A DNA stretch of 64,000 nucleotides from contig OY759746.1 in NCBI GenBank assembly GCA_963662795.1, positions 2,176,001 to 2,240,000 of the forward strand, written 5' to 3'. Origin of the DNA: Spirochaetia bacterium. Lineage in GTDB: Bacteria; Spirochaetota; Spirochaetia; CADAEX01. Positions 57,444 through 64,000 of this stretch are shown in pieces (the stretch's first letter is position 1; each line of letters starts with the position of its first letter). The notes beneath the pieces are model-generated. The model searched no databases and was not told where the DNA came from. It saw only the letters and a program-made list of their open reading frames with translations. Both the position numbers and the translations under genes were made by a program.

Positions 57444-59465
57444 TTGAAAAATAATGACATTAACCATGAACACAAGAATCATCAGAAACATGACCACAAT
57501 GCCCATCACCGAATGATGATCCGGGATTTTAGAAAGCGATTTTATATAACACTGTTATTGACCTTGCCTGTCCTGGCGCTATCTCCCCTTATCCAGCAGT
57601 TTCTCGGATTTTCGTTTGGATTTTCCGGCTCCGGATTTGTCGTTTTTGGTCTGGCGACGATTATTTTTTTCTATGGAGGCTGGCCTTTTCTTTCCGGGCT
57701 TGTTAAAGAGCTGAAGGATAAGAACCCTGGAATGATGACCCTAATCGGTCTTGCCATAACTGTAGCCTATGTTTACAGCGGTGCGGTAACATTCGGGCTC
57801 GACGGAACCCCCTTTTACTGGGAACTTGCAACCCTGATTGCCATTATGCTAGCCGGGCACTGGATTGAAATGTCCTCGATACTCGGTGCCTCATCCGCCC
57901 TGGAAAAGCTGGCCAAACTGATGCCCAGCGGGGCCCATCGAAAGAAAGAAGATAAAGTTGAGGATGTTGCTCTTTCGGAAATTCAGAAGGAGGATGTTCT
58001 CATTATTAAACCGGGAGAGAAGATTCCCTCCGACGGGGTAATCGTTAAGGGTGAAAGCTATATCGACGAATCCATGCTCACCGGAGAATCAAGACCGGTA
58101 AGGAAGGGAAAGGATGACAAACTGATAGGCGGTTCTCTGAACGGTGACGGTTCTCTGGAGCTTCGCGTTGAGGGGGCTGGTGATGACTCTTACCTGAACA
58201 AGGTGATTAAGATGGTAGGAGAAGCCCAGTCTTCAAAATCCAGAACTCAGGCCTTTTCCGACCGCGCCGCGTTTTGGCTGACTATTGTCTCCCTAACAGT
58301 TGGTATCACGACATTTGTTACCTGGTTTCTGGTGGGGAAAGACCTGCAGTTCGCCATAGCCCGGATGGCTACGGTTATGATTATTACATGTCCTCATGCA
58401 CTGGGATTGGCGATTCCCCTGGTGGTCGCAGTTTCTACTGCCAAGTCCGCCCAGAACGGTCTGCTTATCCAGAACCGCACAGCCTTTGAAAATGCCAGAA
58501 AGATCTCCACAGTCATCTTTGATAAAACAGGAACCTTAACCATGGGGACATTCGAAGTCACCAATGTTGATATTCACGATAAAAAATATAGTGAGAAGGA
58601 GTTGCTCGCCTTTTCCGGCGGAGTTGAATCCCTTTCAGAGCATCCCATTGGAAAGAGTATTGTCCTGCGGGCGAAAAAGGATGGGATAAAACTTCCTGAG
58701 GTTGAGGATTTTGAGGCAGTCAAGGGGAAGGGAGTAAATGGTACTGTGTCCGGTAAGAAGATACAGATTGTGAGTCCCGGCTATCTTAAGGAACAGAATC
58801 TGGATATCCCCGAAGGGGCGGAAAGTAAGGGCGGAGTCACCAGGATATTCGTTCTTGTCCAGGGAAAAGTTGCCGGTTCCCTGGCCTTGTCAGATACTAT
58901 CCGACCCGAATCTTACCAGGCAATTAAAACTCTGCAGAAGCGGAATATAAAATGCTGGATGCTTACCGGTGATAATAAGGAAACAGCAAAAGCTGTAGCC
59001 GATGAACTGGGGATGGATGGTTTTTTTGCAGAAGTACTGCCTGATGAGAAACAGGCAAAGGTAAAAAAGCTGCAGGATCAGGGGGAATATGTGGCTATGA
59101 CAGGGGACGGAGTAAACGATTCTCCTGCTCTTGTCCAGGCACAGATCGGGATAGCTGTAGGATCCGGAACGGATATTGCCGCATCATCGGCGGATATTAT
59201 CCTTGTAAACTCAAATCCCCTGGATATCACGGCATTGATACTGTTCGGCAAGGCCACATATAAAAAGATGGTTCAGAATCTGATCTGGGCAACCGGATAT
59301 AATGTTATTGCAATCCCTCTGGCGGCTGGTGTTTTATATAAAGCAAGTATAGTTCTGTCGCCTGAAGTAGGAGCTATTCTGATGTCGATTTCTACGGTAA
59401 TTGTTGCAGTGAATGCACGACTTCTTCGGGTGGAGAAAGAGGAATTTAAGGAGGAAGGAAAATGA
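57444..59465 (+). CDS. copB: P1B-type copper-translocating ATPase (CopB-like, CPH)
   Basis: His-rich N-terminus, TGES, CPHALGLA, DKTGTLT, EHP, GDGVND and YN.IAIP. Confidence 0.9.
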   Translation: MKNNDINHEHKNHQKHDHNAHHRMMIRDFRKRFYITLLLTLPVLALSPLIQQFLGFSFGFSGSGFVVFGLATIIFFYGGWPFLSGLVKELKDKNPGMMTLIGLAITVAYVYSGAVTFGLDGTPFYWELATLIAIMLAGHWIEMSSILGASSALEKLAKLMPSGAHRKKEDKVEDVALSEIQKEDVLIIKPGEKIPSDGVIVKGESYIDESMLTGESRPVRKGKDDKLIGGSLNGDGSLELRVEGAGDDSYLNKVIKMVGEAQSSKSRTQAFSDRAAFWLTIVSLTVGITTFVTWFLVGKDLQFAIARMATVMIITCPHALGLAIPLVVAVSTAKSAQNGLLIQNRTAFENARKISTVIFDKTGTLTMGTFEVTNVDIHDKKYSEKELLAFSGGVESLSEHPIGKSIVLRAKKDGIKLPEVEDFEAVKGKGVNGTVSGKKIQIVSPGYLKEQNLDIPEGAESKGGVTRIFVLVQGKVAGSLALSDTIRPESYQAIKTLQKRNIKCWMLTGDNKETAKAVADELGMDGFFAEVLPDEKQAKVKKLQDQGEYVAMTGDGVNDSPALVQAQIGIAVGSGTDIAASSADIILVNSNPLDITALILFGKATYKKMVQNLIWATGYNVIAIPLAAGVLYKASIVLSPEVGAILMSISTVIVAVNARLLRVEKEEFKEEGK

Positions 59466-59698
59466 TGAATGGCTGGGGAACCGGATGGGGGATATTTCCC
59501 TTTATATTGACTGCAGGATTAATTGTCGGAGGCTTCTTTTTTGTCAGATGGATAATCCAAAAATCCGGTAAAAACGGATTAATCGGAAGAGAGCCTGGCG
59601 CTATGGAAATACTGAAAAAACGATACGCAAACGGAGGAATTACCAGAGATGAATACCTGGAAATAAAGGCTGCTCTTGAGGAAGAAAATAAATCATAG
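59462..59698 (+). CDS. SHOCT domain membrane protein
   Basis: TM segment followed by ILKKRYANGGITRDEY. Confidence 0.85.
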   Translation: MMNGWGTGWGIFPFILTAGLIVGGFFFVRWIIQKSGKNGLIGREPGAMEILKKRYANGGITRDEYLEIKAALEEENKS

Positions 59699-60272
59699 GA
59701 CAGGTTGGATGAATGGATAAATAAATTTCGAATAATAACGAAAGGAATGATGGTTTTTGTTTTTTTGGCATGTAGTTTTTCTCTTCTTGCTCAGGACACA
59801 GGTACATACGGGGGATTGATGAAATAATCAGAGAAATAGAAAAAAACCAGAGTGTGGAAGGTATTTCTAAAATCAGCATTGAAAAAGAGAATCCAAATCT
59901 TCTCGAAGAGCAGGGAGATTCAGTCATGGAAGAGGTAATCGGGAATCAATCCAGCTATGAATAGATGGGGACGAGGTTCTGAACGGTTTTATCCCCTTTA
60001 CCGATTTTTAGGCTATCAGTATATACAAAATGAAGGAAAAATTAAGTCCTTCGGGTTGGGGGATGACATGGGTCTGGATTTTAGGATTGGTTCTGCCTGC
60101 CGCTATTAAGATGGATAGTATTGATGCTCTGACAAAACAATCGGCTATCACCGTCAGAAATGAAGCATATGAAAATGATCCCATAAGGTTTACTTGGTAG
60201 ATTTACTATGTAAGTTCTGAAATACATTTCTTAGCCTTTTATTGACTGGATGACATATCAGAGCAACTACAA

Positions 60273-60974
60273 TCATGAGAGTGTGGGATAAGTGATGATA
60301 AACTGCTCAATTTTTTCAGCTGCCCTGTAAAGTTCCCGGCCTGTTTTTTTAAGGTAAGGTATTTCCACTTCAAGCTCCATAATATCGAAAAACATTTCAG
60401 ATGAATCCATGTTCCCGTTATCTTCCTGTTCTTTTTCCCTGATCAGTTCCTCAATTTTTACGGCAAGAGGGCCTGAATCTTTTGATGCTTTTATCAGAAG
60501 CTGCTTTACCGCTGAAAGGAAAACAAGGTCCTTTTCACCGCATGGGCCGTCTTCACTTGTTTTTTCAATAATATCAAGTGTCAGCTTTGAATACTCCTCT
60601 GCGGACCTGATTACTGAAACCTCTTTTTTAAGTCCCTGAAAATCCTCATCTGTGCTGAGCCTTGCGTAAAAATAAAGTTTGCGCTCTTTTGTTATTTCAT
60701 TTACAGCTTCAAGTATCTCTTTTTTACCTTGTTTCCTCCCTGTAAGGGATTCTGCATCGCGAAGTGACCTGTCAAGAATGGCAGGCGTAAATATTTCTTC
60801 TGTATTAAGTGGTATTGAATCCGGTCTGGAACCGGCGGTCTGTATCAAATGGGAACATGATGAAAGGAAGAGGCCGAAAATAATTAAAAAAAAATAAATA
60901 CTGTATGATGGGGAATGAGAGCTTTCAGATTCCCCTGAAAAAAGACCCAAATCCGATTCCTCCTCCGTTTTCAA
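60273..60974 (-). CDS. Hypothetical lipoprotein (true start probably downstream of the ORF start)
   Basis: Hydrophobic stretch ending FLSSC; helical, charged body. Confidence 0.55.
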   Translation of the reverse strand: MKTEEESDLGLFSGESESSHSPSYSIYFFLIIFGLFLSSCSHLIQTAGSRPDSIPLNTEEIFTPAILDRSLRDAESLTGRKQGKKEILEAVNEITKERKLYFYARLSTDEDFQGLKKEVSVIRSAEEYSKLTLDIIEKTSEDGPCGEKDLVFLSAVKQLLIKASKDSGPLAVKIEELIREKEQEDNGNMDSSEMFFDIMELEVEIPYLKKTGRELYRAAEKIEQFIITYPTLS

Positions 60975-62004
60975 TTTTTTTCCTTACTGTTTTTCCTTTG
61001 ATCAGATCTGTAAATTCCGGTGAAAGGCCGGGGCTGAGATTTTTTTCACTTCGAAGCGGGGCGAAATCCGCCTCTGTCATTACCTCACCGGGATGGATTG
61101 TCCGCAGCGCGATCAGAGACCTGTTGGTGGTTTCGTAATTTGCTTTTTCTGAAGGGGCAAGCCTTTTGACACCGTCTCCTGCTATAGCGTTAACCCTGGC
61201 TTTGCCGAACCTTTTTTCAAGGTCGGCAAAGATATCTTTTCTGTCCGGCCTGTTTCCGGATGCGGAAGCATATTGTTTTATTTCAGCGCTCATTTTTTTA
61301 AATTCAGAAGGATTTAATGAAGTAAGGTCATCGAGTCCTTCTCCGCTGTTGTCCAGTGTAATGTGTTTTTCAAGCGTCACTGCGCCGAGGGCCAGCGAGA
61401 CAAGCGGTACAAGAAGCGGGTCTTTTGAATGGTCTGAAACCCCGGTTTTAAAACCGAAAACGGCAGAAAGTGTTTTTATAAGAGACAGGTTATAATCCTC
61501 TTCCGGCGCGGGGTAGGAGGTTACGCAGTGAAGAAATGTAATGTCAGTTCCTGTTATGCCGACTGCCTTTTCAATATCAGAGAGAGTCGAAACCCCGCCT
61601 GAGAGAATCAGCGGCAGGGAGTATTCTGAAACCTCTTTGAGCAGCGGATAATGGTTAAGCTCGGGGGAAGCGATCTTGATCATTGAAACTCCGATATTTT
61701 TTAGAAGTCTTGCGCTTTTTATGCCGAATGGTGTTGCCAGAAATGTAATACCGCATTTTTCTGCTTCCTGCTTCAGTTTGAGATAAAACTCCTCATCCTT
61801 TTCAAGCTCCCTGAATCTTTCATAAAGGCTTGTCTCACCTCCGGGGAGTTTTATTCTGCCGCAAAGAGGATGGACAATCTCATCAGCGAAAACAACCTGG
61901 AATTTAACGCAGTCAGCACCCGAGGCGGCTGCTTTTTCTATCAGCTTAAACCCTTTTTCAAGTGAACCTCCGTGAGATGTTCCTGCTTCCGCGATAATAT
62001 ACAT
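60925..62004 (-). CDS. NeuB/SpsE family nonulosonic acid synthase
   Basis: IIAEAGTSHGG, VKFQ, KIAS, HCVTSYP, SDHS and EKH; C-terminal SAF domain. Confidence 0.9.
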   Translation of the reverse strand: MYIIAEAGTSHGGSLEKGFKLIEKAAASGADCVKFQVVFADEIVHPLCGRIKLPGGETSLYERFRELEKDEEFYLKLKQEAEKCGITFLATPFGIKSARLLKNIGVSMIKIASPELNHYPLLKEVSEYSLPLILSGGVSTLSDIEKAVGITGTDITFLHCVTSYPAPEEDYNLSLIKTLSAVFGFKTGVSDHSKDPLLVPLVSLALGAVTLEKHITLDNSGEGLDDLTSLNPSEFKKMSAEIKQYASASGNRPDRKDIFADLEKRFGKARVNAIAGDGVKRLAPSEKANYETTNRSLIALRTIHPGEVMTEADFAPLRSEKNLSPGLSPEFTDLIKGKTVRKKIENGGGIGFGSFFRGI

Positions 62005-62118
62005 ATTTTCCCGCCTGTTTATCGTATATGGTTTATTAATTTACCGTTATATTATACAATAACAAAAAATAACTCGACAAGAATACCTTGTTGTTATAAT
62101 ATTTATTGAGAGGTATTT

Positions 62119-62337
62119 ATGCAGTATTTAACATGCGATATATGCAAAAAAATGATAAGTGATCCAGTCAGGGGGAAAAATTATGTTACCCTTAAAACCA
62201 GACATCTTTGCAGAAAATGCTATCTATCAATAGCAAGGGAAATGCAGGACAGGGCGGAAGCTCAGAATATTCCCTATGACTTTCTTGAAAAGAAAGGCGA
62301 ATATGTCGCCGCAGTTGAGAAAAAGTGTTCAAAATAG
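62119..62337 (+). CDS. Small hypothetical protein with two CxxC motifs
   Basis: GAGG RBS; CDIC...CRKC. Confidence 0.7.
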   Translation: MQYLTCDICKKMISDPVRGKNYVTLKTRHLCRKCYLSIAREMQDRAEAQNIPYDFLEKKGEYVAAVEKKCSK

Positions 62338-62341
62338 GGAA

Positions 62342-62881
62342 ATGATTCTTCTACATATATGCTGCGCCCCCTGCGGTTCGGCTTCCGTTGAAAGGTTACT
62401 TCGCGAAAACCGTGAAGTAACCCTTTTTTTTTCAAATTCCAATATCGCTCCAAAAGAAGAATACCTTAAACGATTAAAATACGCATTAAAACTTGCATCT
62501 CATTACAATATCCCCTTGATAAAGGATAATTATGAGCATGAGAGATGGCTTTCATATATTGCGGGACTTGAGGATGAACCTGAAAAAGGAAAAAGATGCA
62601 GTAAATGCTTTTATTTTAATCTTGAAAATACTTCCCGGAAGGCATCTGAGCTTGGAATAAAAGAGTTTACCACAACGCTTACCATCAGCCCCCATAAGGA
62701 TTCAGGGCTTATTTTTGAGACAGGCGGCATTTTCCAGGGATTTAAGGAATATGACTTTAAAAAGAAAGACGGGTTCAGGCGGAGCATCGAACTTTCAAAA
62801 GAGCTTGATCTATACAGGCAGGATTACTGTGGCTGCGAGTTCAGCCTTGCGGGAAGAGCAGTTCCGGGGTTAAAGGGCTGA
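62342..62881 (+). CDS. queH: Epoxyqueuosine reductase QueH
   Basis: LLHICCAPC, RCSKC, TTTL.ISPHK and YRQDYCGC.FS. Confidence 0.92.
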   Translation: MILLHICCAPCGSASVERLLRENREVTLFFSNSNIAPKEEYLKRLKYALKLASHYNIPLIKDNYEHERWLSYIAGLEDEPEKGKRCSKCFYFNLENTSRKASELGIKEFTTTLTISPHKDSGLIFETGGIFQGFKEYDFKKKDGFRRSIELSKELDLYRQDYCGCEFSLAGRAVPGLKG

Positions 62882-62965
62882 AATATATAACGGCCAAGGA
62901 TTATGCCTGGATAGGTCAGGCCGGCTGAAGACATACCTGAGGGGCCGGCGGGACGGAATGCCGGG

Positions 62966-63634
62966 TCAGAGGAGGTCCGGCATCGTTTCAAGCCCCTGGA
63001 TGATGTAGAGCGGTATCGTGTCTGTTTCCACTTCAATTTCAAGAATAGTCCTGTCAAGTTTTTTGTAGTATTCGACAAGGGGCATTGTCTGCTGTCTGTA
63101 GATATCCAGCTTCCTGCTTATCTCATCCTGCGAGTCGTCTTTCCTTCCTGCCCTGTCGCCGCCTGAGTTTGATTTAATCCTCTCGATTATTACCGCGGGA
63201 TGTGCCTCAAGTATGATCACCAGTCTGATGTCTACTATTCTGCTCAGGGCTTCAGCCTGTCCTGTGTGACGGGGAAGGCCGTTCAGGATTATTATCTCTG
63301 TCTCCGGGCCGGCGGGCGCAGCGCTTTCCCCGATAAAGGCGGAGAGGAGTTTTTCCGCTATAGGAAAATCCCCGTCCTCTAAAAGGGAATTGGACTTAAG
63401 TACGTTATTTATCGTCTCAAGTTCTTTTTTTGTCAGCTTTACACCGCCGCCCCCTTCCTTTCCGGCTGTACCGTCTGACAAGGCTGCGGCCTCCCTGAGT
63501 TTTTCCCCGAAATCAAAGTGGCGGTATGTTTTTCCCCAGAGATTCCTTGTTTCAAGCTGCTGTCCGAGCGGCGTTTTTCCTGTCCCTGTGGGGCCCAGAA
63601 GAAGAATTGCTTTATATGTGTTTGTGTTGTCCAT
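62966..63634 (-). CDS. Adenylate-kinase-like nucleoside monophosphate kinase
   Basis: GPTGTGKT, NGLPRH..QA and GRKDD. Confidence 0.8.
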   Translation of the reverse strand: MDNTNTYKAILLLGPTGTGKTPLGQQLETRNLWGKTYRHFDFGEKLREAAALSDGTAGKEGGGGVKLTKKELETINNVLKSNSLLEDGDFPIAEKLLSAFIGESAAPAGPETEIIILNGLPRHTGQAEALSRIVDIRLVIILEAHPAVIIERIKSNSGGDRAGRKDDSQDEISRKLDIYRQQTMPLVEYYKKLDRTILEIEVETDTIPLYIIQGLETMPDLL

Positions 63635-63671
63635 TAAAATTCCTTCTTTTAAATTGTTCTGATGCAGTGTT

Positions 63672-64000
63672 TTAAAGCAGATAAATATCTGTTCTCCTGT
63701 CCTGGAACAGGGCGCAAAGCGGTGTTACGGACTTGTCGTCAGCCAGAGAGGGGTTGATATCAACTGCGAAAAAACCCTCTTCAAAACCGCCTGCCTGTAC
63801 CATTATTCTTCCGTCGGGATCTGTTATCTGGCTGCACCCTGAAAAGGTGAGGCTTTTATCCCCGTTTGCTTCTGTACCGAACCTGTTGGCGAGGATCCAG
63901 AATATCCTGTTTTCCATGCTTCGCGACCGCGTTGTAACCTGGGCCTTGCCTGTAAGTACCAGGTTTGAAGGGTGACAGATCACCTGCGCTCCCTGAAGGG
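63672..64000 (-). CDS. Carbon-nitrogen hydrolase (nitrilase family), C-terminal part
   Basis: ICHPSNLV...RSMEN...ANRFGTE...F.G.SQI.DP.G...DRR; runs off the window. Confidence 0.85.
   Translation of the reverse strand, partial: LQGAQVICHPSNLVLTGKAQVTTRSRSMENRIFWILANRFGTEANGDKSLTFSGCSQITDPDGRIMVQAGGFEEGFFAVDINPSLADDKSVTPLCALFQDRRTDIYLL

Noticed and set aside
17135-63975. Numerous short antisense or overlapping ORFs in the six-frame track
   Set aside because: They are shadows of well-supported genes, with no recognisable motifs.

Overview
Bacterial chromosomal DNA, most consistent with an anaerobic spirochaete (inferred from gene content, not from a search). Three zones. (1) 1-4.7 kb is the distal end of an integron-type cassette array. 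It has five long attC-like sites and no intI in the window. Four consecutive cassettes carry type II toxin-antitoxin systems, three with visible consensus promoters, and the non-TA cargo is decayed. The cassettes have an unusual end architecture: ~20-nt cassette-specific terminal inverted repeats extending beyond the R boxes, plus two conserved GC-rich hairpins that flank attC1-4. (2) 4.7-19.2 kb is an IS graveyard (IS481, two IS256, IS5, two IS4 plus a solo end, an IS3 remnant) around an HD-GYP/MCP-CZB pair and a PAS-GGDEF gene split by IS4. (3) 19.3-64 kb holds accessory and housekeeping genes. These include an HTH-PTS IIA gene heading an Ehr (NiFe-less hydrogenase-4-like) operon, tRNA-Arg and tRNA-Pro, nth, a pbfA-like/TAXI/LysR/saccharopine-dehydrogenase-like cluster with a shared operator, cls, rpmB, a RecQ-like helicase, a group B-like [FeFe]-hydrogenase, a CopB-type ATPase, a NeuB-family synthase and queH. 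All family calls are from motif recognition by eye.
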